Below, one piece after another: positions 15,969 through 25,242 of a DNA stretch of 32,000 nucleotides. Source of the DNA: Infirmifilum lucidum. Lineage in GTDB: Archaea > Thermoproteota > Thermoprotei > Thermofilales > Thermofilaceae. Where the stretch lies: positions 875,699 through 907,698 of the forward strand of contig NZ_CP062310.1 of assembly GCF_014876775.1 (NCBI RefSeq), in the 5' to 3' direction. The notes under the pieces are model-generated. The model was not told the DNA's origin, ran no database searches, and worked only from the letters and a program-made list of their open reading frames with translations. The first letter of the stretch is position 1; each line of letters begins with the position of its first letter. The position numbers and the translations under genes are program-made.

Positions 15969-18900
15969 TTATCCCCTCAGAGGCGTGTTCTCGACGTGTT
16001 CTATCTCCTTGTAGAACTCATGGAGGATCTCTGTGTAATCCCTCATACCGTTTTCAACTTCGTCCATTTTCTCCAAGACTCTCCTTGTCGTTTCTTCCGA
16101 GACTAATTCACCGAAGCTCTCATTTAAGCTGTTGTACACGCGCATTCCAAGGCTCGTTGGTACAAGCTTCCCTCCTTTAACCTCAATTACGTAATTCCGC
16201 ATAAAGAGTTTCTTTACTATCTCGGCGTAAGTTGAGGGTCGGCCTATGTTCCTTTCTTTCATTAGAGCGATTATATCCGCCTGGGAGTACAGTGGTACTG
16301 TGGGTCTTCTCATGTATTCCACGTCGACGACCCTGTACTTCCCGGGGTTTAATATGAAGTTCTGGCGTAGGGGGAGCATCTTTAGAAAGCCCTCCTCAAC
16401 GACATTAGTTATAAAGCTGTATGTCTTGACGAAGTACTGGGTCGAAACCTCGACGACATCTTCTGTTATCCTGGCTGGTGGCATCTGGCTTGCCATAAAC
16501 CTGGAAAAGACGAGACGGTACAACGCGAAGTGTTGCCTAGTGAGCGGTATCGGCAGTTGAAGGATGCCCTGTTGAATCACCGTCACAAGAGTCTCGGCGT
16601 CTATGGGCCGTGTGGGGCGGATACACTCATGCGCCCCCTCGGCACCCCACCTGCGCGGCACGAAAAATTCCGGCCCAAACTTCTCTGAAATATAGGCCTT
16701 AGCGACCAGCAGGCCCGCATCCGATACCCTCGTGCTATCTGTCCTGTGATAGGTTATTAGGCCGCTCTCGAAGAGTTGTTGTGCTATTCTCATAGCCACG
16801 TCAGCACTCATACCTAGCATCTCATTAGCGTCCCTCAGCATAGTGTCTGTCGTATAAGGAGGCAGCGGGTTTAGGTTTCTCTCCGCTGAACCCCTTCTCT
16901 CTACAGTGACCTCGCTCCCTAGAAGCTCTTTTGAGACTGTGCTTGGGCGCTTCCCATCGAGATGCACGTCTTCCACGATAATGTAGATGTTGTTCTCCAG
17001 CGTAATGCGGAATACCGGCTTCACGCTCTTCAGCGACTCGTGATATCTCTGGATTACCCAGCCCAAGACGGGCGTCTGGACTCTCCCGGCAGAGAGCCAC
17101 CGCATGCCGTATTTCTCCTGGAGCTTCTTACTCAGGGCAAAACCAAGCCACCTGTCCTCTACGCGCCGCACAAGTTGAGACTCCACGAGGTTCATATTAA
17201 TGTCCCTGGGGTTCCTCAATGCCTCCTCGAAGGCCTTGCGAGTAACCTCGTGGAACTCTATACGCTTTAGAACACGAGTAAACGGCTTTAGAGCCAGGTA
17301 TATATCCCATGCTATCTTCTCGCCCTCCGTATCTGGGTCTGTAGCCAGTAGTACTTCATCTACTTCTGATGCAAGCTCCTGTAAGCTCCTCACTATGTCT
17401 AACTTGTCTACTACCCGCTGACTACCACAATACGGACATATTTTGAGGCTAGAGCCTTTACCCTGGAAGTTATACGTATTACCATCAGCTTTAAAGTCGG
17501 TGAATTGGCGGCCGCAATCCAGACAGCGCTTAATAGAAGTAAACACTGGGACGAATGACTTCTTCTCGGCGTCCACTAAAACACCGTATTTATTAACTTT
17601 GAACTCCTTAGAGAAGAACTCCGTCGAAGTGATAAGGTCGAAAACGTGCCCCTGCGATGCTACAATCTGTAATATCCTGTCTCCAGTAGAGATTTCATAC
17701 GCGACAATATTGCCAAATCTACGTTTTGTGGGTCTTCCGAAAAATGATGCAATAGTTCTCGCCTTAGTCGGGGACTCAACGATCACAAGCGTAGATTTTA
17801 CAAGATCCTTTGTCAGGGTACTGGAGACCTCCCCCGAGAGGATCTTCCGAATGAGTTCCCTTTCCTTGGAAATCTCCTGGAGTATCTCGTCAAGGTTGAC
17901 CTCGTCTATGCTCCTCCACTGCAAGTCCCCTGTGTAGAACCTTAAAGATTTCAGGAACTTCTCTAAGAGAACAGAGTCGGATTCAATAACTATGGATAAT
18001 CCTCTGGAGATTCCACCCGCGTAGAGCCTCGAGGTTCTACCAGATGCCTGTATATATGTGAAAATATCAGGGAGGAGTATATAGAGTTCACCATTTTCCT
18101 CTACAAGCTCTACAGCCGTTTCGGCCGAGAGCTTTTTGAGAGCACTCTTGTCTAAGAGGTACTTCTCAATTATCATTCTCAACCTGAGAAGGTTTCTAAT
18201 GAGCGACGAAAACCTTCCACTCGTGTCTCCACGGATGTAGAGCTCTTGCACTTGCCTATACTGGGCGGCATCGAGCTGGAGAAGCCTGCTCCTTACGTTA
18301 GCCACGAGTCTGTCTATTTCTGCCTTGTCGCCCTTCTCGGCTACCTGTGACACGTTTGCTGCAAGTTGAATTAGCCGAGTCGGGGTTAGCTCCTCTGGTT
18401 TTAACCTGAACTTAAACCTAGGAACCCCGGCGAACACGGCGTATTTTACCACATGGGGTAGGTCAAGGCCTCTTACGAGTAAGCCGTAGTAGCTAGCTAT
18501 ACCTATTACTACGTCTATCTTCCCCTCACTGAACTGCTCTAATATGTTTTTCTTTATCTTCCGATAAACGTACTCTGCCTTTATGCCATTCGAGATAAGC
18601 CTTGATGAAAGGTCTTTAAGTGCTTCCTCTGGCGTTCCTACCGGGAAGAACACTAGACCGCCCGATCCTAGCCTAGATATGATATCCACAGTCTTCGCGG
18701 TGACCGCTTCACTACTTGAAAGGGCGTATACTTCTACTACGTTTCTGAGTTGTTCGCTCCTCGATCCTACTTCAAAGCCGAGTAGTTCTCGAAATAATTT
18801 GGCTCTCAGTCCTCGCGTTCTCCCCGTAGCTGTAGACACAAGTAGTATGCCTTTCTCTCCGCTCCCTGAGACCAGGGCATCAAGCTTTTTCCTTAGATCC

Positions 18901-19760
18901 TCTAATTTTTTTAACGCTTCTTCGGCTTCTTTCCTATTCCTCTGAGAGAACGCCAGTCTACTCTTCAGTGTTACAATTTCGAACGCTGTCGATATTTCCT
19001 CCTGTGAGAACCCCAGCAGTAGAAGTATTTTATCCACGTTTTTCGACGACTTCAGGACAGAGTCTACGTCATCGACAAATACAAAATCGAATTTCGTATT
19101 AGAGAGCTTGTCAAAGTGGTGGGTAAGGAAGTGTGAAGTCGTCAGAAGTAGCGAGTACTCTCCTTTCGCGACTCTCTCAAGCACCTCTTCGCGCTCTTTC
19201 TGAGAAAGTCCCGAGTGATAAGCAACTATACGGCTTGTGTCTATACCAGTTCTCTCCGCGAATGACAGCGTCTTCTTATACACCTGGTTCAAGAGTGTTG
19301 TTGTTGGTAAGACAAGGTATGCTCTCCGATTCTTAGAAACCATATAGAGAGCCATAATAATGCCGAACACAGTTTTACCAACTCCTGTAGGGGCTAGGAT
19401 GGCAAAGCTCGACCCTTTAATAATTCTCCTGGCCCACGTCACCTGCGCAGACCAGGGCTTGCTACCTAGAGCCTTCTCGAAGAAGGAGGTAAAACCAGAA
19501 AGCTCCTCCTCGACTCGGAGAACGTCCTCCAGCCTCCCTGCTTTCCTCCTCCTCTTCAGTTGCCTAACGACACTATAGAGGAAGTCTCTATATTCCTCGG
19601 GTTCTGCAGATTTAGCCAGGCCACGTAAACTCCTCGGAGTAGGGATGCACGCATAACACGGTAACCTATAGTTTAGCCTGTCGTCAGTTATAGGGCCCCC
19701 ACAGTTAGGGCAAGCCTCCCTAAATATTGCGTGAACCCTGCTACTCTCCACAGCTTCCAT
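15969..19760 (-). CDS. rgy: Reverse gyrase
   Basis: 1263 aa. Seen in order: N-terminal Zn finger CPNCGG...CYAC, helicase P-loop ILAPTGVGKT, DDVD, Toprim ESPTKARTI / TDPDTEGEKIA, a second Zn finger CLDCG...CPYCG, and the topo IA active-site region LITYHRTDS. TATA tttttaatatt is ~30 nt upstream of the ATG. Confidence 0.97.
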   Translation of the reverse strand: MEAVESSRVHAIFREACPNCGGPITDDRLNYRLPCYACIPTPRSLRGLAKSAEPEEYRDFLYSVVRQLKRRRKAGRLEDVLRVEEELSGFTSFFEKALGSKPWSAQVTWARRIIKGSSFAILAPTGVGKTVFGIIMALYMVSKNRRAYLVLPTTTLLNQVYKKTLSFAERTGIDTSRIVAYHSGLSQKEREEVLERVAKGEYSLLLTTSHFLTHHFDKLSNTKFDFVFVDDVDSVLKSSKNVDKILLLLGFSQEEISTAFEIVTLKSRLAFSQRNRKEAEEALKKLEDLRKKLDALVSGSGEKGILLVSTATGRTRGLRAKLFRELLGFEVGSRSEQLRNVVEVYALSSSEAVTAKTVDIISRLGSGGLVFFPVGTPEEALKDLSSRLISNGIKAEYVYRKIKKNILEQFSEGKIDVVIGIASYYGLLVRGLDLPHVVKYAVFAGVPRFKFRLKPEELTPTRLIQLAANVSQVAEKGDKAEIDRLVANVRSRLLQLDAAQYRQVQELYIRGDTSGRFSSLIRNLLRLRMIIEKYLLDKSALKKLSAETAVELVEENGELYILLPDIFTYIQASGRTSRLYAGGISRGLSIVIESDSVLLEKFLKSLRFYTGDLQWRSIDEVNLDEILQEISKERELIRKILSGEVSSTLTKDLVKSTLVIVESPTKARTIASFFGRPTKRRFGNIVAYEISTGDRILQIVASQGHVFDLITSTEFFSKEFKVNKYGVLVDAEKKSFVPVFTSIKRCLDCGRQFTDFKADGNTYNFQGKGSSLKICPYCGSQRVVDKLDIVRSLQELASEVDEVLLATDPDTEGEKIAWDIYLALKPFTRVLKRIEFHEVTRKAFEEALRNPRDINMNLVESQLVRRVEDRWLGFALSKKLQEKYGMRWLSAGRVQTPVLGWVIQRYHESLKSVKPVFRITLENNIYIIVEDVHLDGKRPSTVSKELLGSEVTVERRGSAERNLNPLPPYTTDTMLRDANEMLGMSADVAMRIAQQLFESGLITYHRTDSTRVSDAGLLVAKAYISEKFGPEFFVPRRWGAEGAHECIRPTRPIDAETLVTVIQQGILQLPIPLTRQHFALYRLVFSRFMASQMPPARITEDVVEVSTQYFVKTYSFITNVVEEGFLKMLPLRQNFILNPGKYRVVDVEYMRRPTVPLYSQADIIALMKERNIGRPSTYAEIVKKLFMRNYVIEVKGGKLVPTSLGMRVYNSLNESFGELVSEETTRRVLEKMDEVENGMRDYTEILHEFYKEIEHVENTPLRG

Positions 19761-19784
19761 CTAAGAAGAACCAAAGATAAAGAG

Positions 19785-19795
19785 AATATTAAAAA
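19785..19795 (-). promoter_or_regulatory. TATA box of reverse gyrase (leaderless geometry)
   Basis: tttttaatatt on the minus strand, centred ~30 nt upstream of ATG 19760. Confidence 0.45.
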
Positions 19796-19808
19796 TGTTC
19801 TCCCTTAG

Positions 19809-20741
19809 CTATTGGGAGGCAAGCTTTAAGAGTCTGTTCCAGTTTTCCTCTACGTCTCTCTTAATCTCTTCGAGTAGCCACCTGTTCTGGGGCTCAAGGA
19901 GGTGGCGGAACCTCCCCTGTAGCTTAAAGTAGTCCTCTATAGGCTTAGGCTCCTTTACCGGAACTGTGATCCGCACCCTGCTATTCTCGTACTCGTAGAG
20001 CGGCCATATCCGCGTCTGGACGGCCAGCCTTGCTATCTCTATGCTTTTCGAAGGGTCGAAGTACCAGCCCGTAGGACACGGCGTGAAGTAGTGGAGCACC
20101 ACGGGGCCACTAACGGATGCCGCCTTAACGAGCTTGTTGTACATGTCCACTGGGAACGCGGGGTTCATTGTAGCAGCGTATGGAATGCCGTGGGCGATAG
20201 CGATTTCTATGAGGTTTTTCTTTCTCTCGAGCTTACCGGGTATGACTCTTCCAGCGGGACTTGTGGTTGTACTAGCGCCTTTTGGTGTTGCTCCACTCCT
20301 TTGAATACCTGTGTTCATGTAGGCTTCGTTGTCATAGCAGATGTATATCATGTCGTGGCCTCTCTCTAAGGCGCCGCTCAAGGCTTGAAAACCTATATCG
20401 AATGTCCCGCCGTCTCCGGCAAAAACTATAACCTTCGGTTTCTGCTTGCCGTACTTCTTGCTCAAAATCTTGAAGGCAGCTTCTATGCCGCTAGCCACGG
20501 CTGCAGCGTTTTCGAATGCCACGTGGATCCAGGGTACACCCCAGCTTGTGTAGGGGAATACTGTTGTGGAGACTTCTAGACAGCCTGTAGCGTTAACGAC
20601 GACTTTGGGGTTGGGAACTGCTTTAAGAGCCATTCTAACTACTTGCGGTATACCGCACCCAGCACATAGCCTATGCCCGGGAGCAAAGTGCTCTGCTCTC
20701 GGAATTTCCTTCAATGTTTTCACGAATTTTAATTCACTCAC
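19809..20741 (-). CDS. porB: 2-oxoacid (pyruvate/2-ketoisovalerate):ferredoxin oxidoreductase, beta subunit
   Basis: The CAGCG cysteine motif, the TPP-binding VFAGDGGTFDIG, and its position last in a gamma-delta-alpha-beta operon. Substrate (POR vs VOR) is not decidable by eye. Confidence 0.9.
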   Translation of the reverse strand: MSELKFVKTLKEIPRAEHFAPGHRLCAGCGIPQVVRMALKAVPNPKVVVNATGCLEVSTTVFPYTSWGVPWIHVAFENAAAVASGIEAAFKILSKKYGKQKPKVIVFAGDGGTFDIGFQALSGALERGHDMIYICYDNEAYMNTGIQRSGATPKGASTTTSPAGRVIPGKLERKKNLIEIAIAHGIPYAATMNPAFPVDMYNKLVKAASVSGPVVLHYFTPCPTGWYFDPSKSIEIARLAVQTRIWPLYEYENSRVRITVPVKEPKPIEDYFKLQGRFRHLLEPQNRWLLEEIKRDVEENWNRLLKLASQ

Positions 20742-21928
20742 AGTTCATCACCCCTAACTCCTACCCAAACAGGCTCCTCTGGGGCCTCGCCCCTCCTCAT
20801 TACAGATTCTGCTAAATCAACTACTTTCTCGATGTGTGCAGGTGTTAAATCCCTACCTCCGAGGCCGTATATCACGTTGAATAGCAGTGGCCGTACCTTA
20901 GAGCGTATGAGAGTAGCTGATACGTCCATGAATAACTGGGCGCCGGGGCTACCAAAGCTCACGCTGCGATCCATCACCGCCACCACGGAGGCGTCCTTAA
21001 TAGCCTCACGCAGCTCCTTGGCGGGAAACGGCCTATACTGTGTCAGGCTAATAACCCCGATCTTCTTGCCTTTCTCGGCTAGTTTCCTGGCCACGTACCT
21101 AGCAGTCCCAGCAGAACTCCCAAGAATCATTACAGCGACTTCGGCGCCCTCAGTATTGAAGGACTTAACAGGGGAGTATTTCCGGCCGGTCAGGTTACTG
21201 TACTCTTCGAAGACTTCCTTGATTATAGGTCTCGCGGACTCCAAAGATGCGTACTGCTGGCGCCTGTGCTCCATGTACCAATCGAAGAGGTCGAGTGCTC
21301 CATAAGTCATGGGCTTGCCCGGATCGACGGGGTTAACAGGCTCCTTCTTCGGTAGGAATGCCTTTACATCCGAGTCTTCGAGCACGTAAAGCCCCTCTAG
21401 GGCATGGGTCAGTATGAAGCCATCAAGGTTGACTATGCTCGGGAAGAGGACTCTATGATCCTCGGAGATCCTGAATGCCATCAAGGTGAGGTCGTAAGCC
21501 TCCTGAACATTCTCAGCGAAGAACTGCAGCCAGCCCGTGTCACGTGCAGCATAAGCGTCGTCGTGGGAGCAATGTATATTTATGTTGGGTGAGAGAGCGC
21601 GGTTCCCGATGGCCATGACGATAGTTGTACGAAGACCTGCAGCGATCCAGAGGATTTCGTACATCAGAGCGAGTCCCTGGCTGGACGTTGCGGTAAAGAC
21701 CCTGGCTCCGCTCAGTGATGCCCCAACAGCGGCGGAGAGAGCAGAATGCTCGCTCTCGACGGGTATAAACGCCGCGTCCAGCTCGCCGTTATTAACATAC
21801 TCTGCGAGTGTTTCGACAATTATCGTCTGAGGAGTAATAGGGTAAGCAGATATAACGTCGACATCTGCTTGCTTAACAGCGTACGCTACAGCCCTATCGC
21901 CGTTCATTCCAACAAGCTTGCCCCTCAT
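20738..21928 (-). CDS. porA: 2-oxoacid:ferredoxin oxidoreductase, alpha subunit
   Basis: N-terminal GDRAVAYAVKQADVDVISAYPITPQT; 396 aa; 4-nt overlap with porB. Confidence 0.9.
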   Translation of the reverse strand: MRGKLVGMNGDRAVAYAVKQADVDVISAYPITPQTIIVETLAEYVNNGELDAAFIPVESEHSALSAAVGASLSGARVFTATSSQGLALMYEILWIAAGLRTTIVMAIGNRALSPNINIHCSHDDAYAARDTGWLQFFAENVQEAYDLTLMAFRISEDHRVLFPSIVNLDGFILTHALEGLYVLEDSDVKAFLPKKEPVNPVDPGKPMTYGALDLFDWYMEHRRQQYASLESARPIIKEVFEEYSNLTGRKYSPVKSFNTEGAEVAVMILGSSAGTARYVARKLAEKGKKIGVISLTQYRPFPAKELREAIKDASVVAVMDRSVSFGSPGAQLFMDVSATLIRSKVRPLLFNVIYGLGGRDLTPAHIEKVVDLAESVMRRGEAPEEPVWVGVRGDEL

Positions 21929-21932
21929 TCTC

Positions 21933-22232
21933 TCACACCTCGAGCTTCATCTCAATAGCGTGCACCGGGCACACGTTCGCACATATCCCACAGCCCTTAC
22001 AGTAGTCGTAGTCTATCCTGACAGAGTCGTCGTCACCTCTCAATATAGCAGGCTCTGGGCAGTGAATCCAGCATAGCAGGCACTTTATGCACTTCCCGTT
22101 ATCAAGGATCGGCTTCATGGCGCGCCAGTTCCCAGTCTTGTTGTGGAGGCTTGTCTTAGGCTCGGGTATTATGCCGCCAATAGGTAGGTCTCTCCATGTT
22201 TTAAGCTTTAAAACTACACTCTCACCACTCAT
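21933..22232 (-). CDS. porD: 2-oxoacid:ferredoxin oxidoreductase, delta subunit (2x[4Fe-4S])
   Basis: Two ferredoxin cluster motifs, CIKCLLCWIHCP and CKGCGICANVCP; 99 aa. Confidence 0.9.
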   Translation of the reverse strand: MSGESVVLKLKTWRDLPIGGIIPEPKTSLHNKTGNWRAMKPILDNGKCIKCLLCWIHCPEPAILRGDDDSVRIDYDYCKGCGICANVCPVHAIEMKLEV

Positions 22233-22806
22233 ACTTCTTCACCGTCTCAAACGCTCTCTTAATAGCATTTAAGTTCCCTTCAGCAAGTTTAGGCTCCTTG
22301 CCAAACCTCTCCGTGACGACACTGAGCACGGTATCCAGCCTCACTATCCCGCTCGCCCGCACGAAAGCCCCTAGCATAGGGGTGTTGTAGAAAGGCCTCC
22401 CGAAGATTTCCATTGCAATGCTATAAGCATCGACGTACCAGATAGCTGCGTTCAGCTCCCTGGCCACTTTTAAGATGTTTTCGTTGGGTTCCGTAGTGTT
22501 CAACACGATGAGCCCGCCTCTTTTAAGACCCTGAGTGATGTAAGAAACCTCACCCTGTAGCGAAGGATCTATCACGACCACAGCATCCGGGTTATATATG
22601 CCCGAGTGAAGTTCAATAGGTTGTTTGCTGATCCTCGTATACGCCCTTACAGGCGCCCCCCTCCTCTCGGGACCGAACTCTGGTGCATTGTAGACATACT
22701 TGCCCTCCCTAAGGGCAGCTATTGCAAGTAGCTCGCTAGACGTTACAACTCCCTGCCCTCCCCTGCCATGCCATCGAACCTCGTAAATTTCCTCATCCAT
22801 CTCCAT
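22222..22806 (-). CDS. porG: 2-oxoacid:ferredoxin oxidoreductase, gamma subunit
   Basis: EVRWHGRGGQGVVTSSELLA signature; 194 aa; first gene of the operon. Confidence 0.9.
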   Translation of the reverse strand: MEMDEEIYEVRWHGRGGQGVVTSSELLAIAALREGKYVYNAPEFGPERRGAPVRAYTRISKQPIELHSGIYNPDAVVVIDPSLQGEVSYITQGLKRGGLIVLNTTEPNENILKVARELNAAIWYVDAYSIAMEIFGRPFYNTPMLGAFVRASGIVRLDTVLSVVTERFGKEPKLAEGNLNAIKRAFETVKKYEW

Positions 22807-22828
22807 GTCACTTATTGCATAGCTCCTG

Positions 22829-22841
22829 AATATAATAAACC
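22829..22841 (-). promoter_or_regulatory. TATA box of the porGDAB operon
   Basis: ggtttattatatt on the minus strand, centred ~29 nt upstream of ATG 22806. Confidence 0.45.
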
Positions 22842-22923
22842 TTTGTCAATATGGCCACTTAACGCCGGCTCCCCTGCACTGCCCTGCGGAAAAACTAAAA
22901 AAGCCAAAATAGACAAGGAATGT

Positions 22924-23979
22924 ATGCTCCAGGTTTTTATTGCGTACTCGGAGGATCTTGAACGCATAGCCTTCATGCCTCCCTCGCTGAAAGAGGCGTG
23001 GACTGGCCGCATAAAGTTGTTTTACCGCGAGTACGTACCACAGCTAGGGGAAGTACTCCCCCTAGAACGCGTAGAACCCTCTACTATCTCTGAGGAAGAG
23101 CTATTAAGGGCCCACGACAAGGAGTATATCGACTTCGTGAAGAGAAAGTCCATTGAGGGCATGGGCTTGCTGGACTATGGCGACACCCCGGCCTACCCAG
23201 GTGTCTTTGAGAACGCCTTAGAAACGATTTCTGCAACACTCACGTTAGCCCAGAAGCTACTCGTGAAGGGCGGTGTAGGCTTTAATCCTAACGGGGGCTT
23301 CCACCATGCCCGAAGGCGGAGTGCCGGCGGCTTCTGCGTATTTAATGACTTAGCAGTAGCGGCGCTCTGGCTTCGGGAGAAGGGGCTTGAACGCATAGCA
23401 ATTGTGGACATCGATGCACATCACGGGGACGGTACGCAACAGATACTCTACTCGAGCGATATTCTCAAGATAAGCATCCACGGCTACGGGTACGGCTTCT
23501 ACCCAGGTACTGGCTGGATTGACGAGCTCGGAGAAGGGGTAGGGTACTGTAGGAACATAAACATACCCCTACCACTTGGCTCAGGAGACGATGCGTTCAT
23601 CATAGCACTCAGAGAGGTCGTTGAGAGCCTACTCAGCTCCTATGACCCGCAGTTCCTCATTATTCAAGGAGGCGCAGACGGCCATAGAGGTGACCCCTTA
23701 ACATACTTGAACTTTACCGAAAACTCGTACATTCGCTTTGCGAGTCTGATTTCGCGACTTGCCTCTAGGGGAGTACCTGTTCTCGTAACAGGAGGTGGAG
23801 GGTATGTTCCGAGCACCGTGGCTAGAATCTGGGCGCTCATGATCGCGGGGATAGCTGGTAGCGGTGCTGAGAGATTTCTTACGGGAGACGAAGAAACTGA
23901 GAGTGGTCGAGTATTGCTCGGAATAGTGGAAGATAGGCTCTCGTGGCTCAAGAATAAAATCGACGAGTGCGGCCTCTAG
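22924..23979 (+). CDS. Histone deacetylase-superfamily protein (AcuC/acetylpolyamine amidohydrolase-like lysine deacetylase)
   Basis: GGFHHARRRSAGGFCVFNDLAVAA and IVDIDAHHGDGTQ (the zinc/active-site motifs). I place the start at ATG 22924 (MLQVFIAYSED). The 52 upstream codons in the ORF track cover the por promoter region. Confidence 0.85.
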   Translation: MLQVFIAYSEDLERIAFMPPSLKEAWTGRIKLFYREYVPQLGEVLPLERVEPSTISEEELLRAHDKEYIDFVKRKSIEGMGLLDYGDTPAYPGVFENALETISATLTLAQKLLVKGGVGFNPNGGFHHARRRSAGGFCVFNDLAVAALWLREKGLERIAIVDIDAHHGDGTQQILYSSDILKISIHGYGYGFYPGTGWIDELGEGVGYCRNINIPLPLGSGDDAFIIALREVVESLLSSYDPQFLIIQGGADGHRGDPLTYLNFTENSYIRFASLISRLASRGVPVLVTGGGGYVPSTVARIWALMIAGIAGSGAERFLTGDEETESGRVLLGIVEDRLSWLKNKIDECGL

Positions 23980-24230
23980 TACACCTCTATCTCGACGCCA
24001 AAAGCCGAGCCCTGCATGCTGATGATCACGTCTACGTCCCTGTTGCCCGTAAGGCGCGTAAGCGCCTCGATAAATTCGCCGATCTTGGCGAAAAGGCTGC
24101 TTGGGGTCTCACCAACGCCGTCAATTGCGACCTTAACACTATTGCCGTTGACTTGAACCTCGAATTGAGCATCCTTAAAGATACTCTTCAACTTCTTCTC
24201 GATATCGCTCTTTACAATCATCTGTACCAC
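23976..24230 (-). CDS. Hypothetical 84-aa protein
   Basis: ATG start with TATA tttttaagtt ~26 nt upstream. The sequence is non-repetitive with mixed charge (MVQMIVKSDIEKKLKSIFKD...). I recognise no family. The 3' end overlaps the HDAC gene stop by 4 nt. Confidence 0.5.
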   Translation of the reverse strand: MVQMIVKSDIEKKLKSIFKDAQFEVQVNGNSVKVAIDGVGETPSSLFAKIGEFIEALTRLTGNRDVDVIISMQGSAFGVEIEVY

Positions 24231-24357
24231 TGGGAGAGGAGAACGAGATTAACTTAAAAACCTATTGCCTTTATTTTTCAAGAAAAGAGTCTTTTTAAAC
24301 AACACACATGGAAAGACGTGAAAAATATAAGATATTGTTTTCCATTATAGTTCACAG

Positions 24358-24684
24358 GTGATATATTTCATGGGGGAGAGAAGGCGTGGTACTAGAGGCC
24401 TTGGGATAGAGTCTCTACCCTATCGGGTCAAGATGTACTCGAACAACCAGGTTCTCGTGCCAGCAAGCCTCGTGCGCAAGCTGGGGTTCCAGGATGTATC
24501 AGAGGCCCAGGTAACAATAAAGTATACAGGCCTCGAATACACATTTGTTACAAAGCTCTTGAAGACGAAGTACACTGACTCGAGGCAGTTTACAGTGCCC
24601 AAGGAGCTGCGCGAGAAGGCGCAGATCCCGCCTGGCGCAGAGATAGAAGTCGTGGATATAAAGCCCCTGAAGAGGGGACAATGA
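24358..24684 (+). CDS. Tandem SpoVT/AbrB-domain protein (single-chain swapped-hairpin barrel), putative DNA-binding regulator
   Basis: Two AbrB-like half-domains lie in one 108-aa chain: NNQVLVPASLVRKLGFQDVSEAQVTIKY and SRQFTVPKELREKAQIPPGAEIEVVDI. The GTG at 24358 is ~29 nt after TATA aaaatataag; an alternative ATG is at 24370. Confidence 0.65.
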   Translation: MIYFMGERRRGTRGLGIESLPYRVKMYSNNQVLVPASLVRKLGFQDVSEAQVTIKYTGLEYTFVTKLLKTKYTDSRQFTVPKELREKAQIPPGAEIEVVDIKPLKRGQ

Positions 24685-24686
24685 CT

Positions 24687-25109
24687 CTATACTACGCCGA
24701 AGGCCTCTCCAGGTGACTGGCGCCCCTGGATAGAGGCCACGATTAGTAAAGCTCCCATAACAAAGTTAAAGAGCTCGGATACAGAGCTCGCAATAAGTCC
24801 TACCAGTTGTTCCTTCTCCCCGGCGGCATAGATTGGCGAAACGTACTTGAGAGTGTTCAGAGAGCCTTTAACATACGATACTATGTTTTCGTAATTCTTG
24901 AGTATGTCCTTGCCTACCTTGACGAGATCGGGATCCTGAAGCGCGCCAACAATCTCTTCGTTTGCAATCTTCAGCAGGGTCTCGAGAACCTGTAAACCAA
25001 AGGGGATGGCAGAGTCATAATCTCTCCTCGCAAGATGTTCGCTGAATTTTTGTGTATAGTTTTTCATCATCTCGCTGAGCTCTACGACAGACGTCATTCT
25101 GGTTTTCAA
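24687..25109 (-). CDS. Hypothetical 140-aa all-helical protein (PaREP1/HEPN-like helical bundle is only a guess)
   Basis: TTG start (alternative ATG at 25097). The predicted helical pattern is NYTQKFSEHLARRDYDSAIPFGLQVLETLLKIANEE..., with a hydrophobic C-terminal segment LFNFVMGALLIVASI. No catalytic motif is recognised. Confidence 0.45.
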   Translation of the reverse strand: MKTRMTSVVELSEMMKNYTQKFSEHLARRDYDSAIPFGLQVLETLLKIANEEIVGALQDPDLVKVGKDILKNYENIVSYVKGSLNTLKYVSPIYAAGEKEQLVGLIASSVSELFNFVMGALLIVASIQGRQSPGEAFGVV

Positions 25110-25242
25110 ACTTGTGTTTGAACTAAAACAGATATTCTTTCCGCCCCACTGTGACGGACTCCATAGCCGGGCGGGAATCGGTGTTCTGCGAGAAAGAGGG
25201 AGGGCACCAGGCTTATATTCGGAAGTTAACTAGGCTTGGTTG

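Noticed and set aside
25110-25239. Imperfect hairpin ccgccc...gggcgg in the spacer upstream of serS, as a possible riboswitch or T-box-like leader
   Set aside because: The serS TATA is ~28 nt from the ATG, so the hairpin lies upstream of the predicted transcription start. The stem is only ~6 bp, and T-box leaders are not known in archaea.
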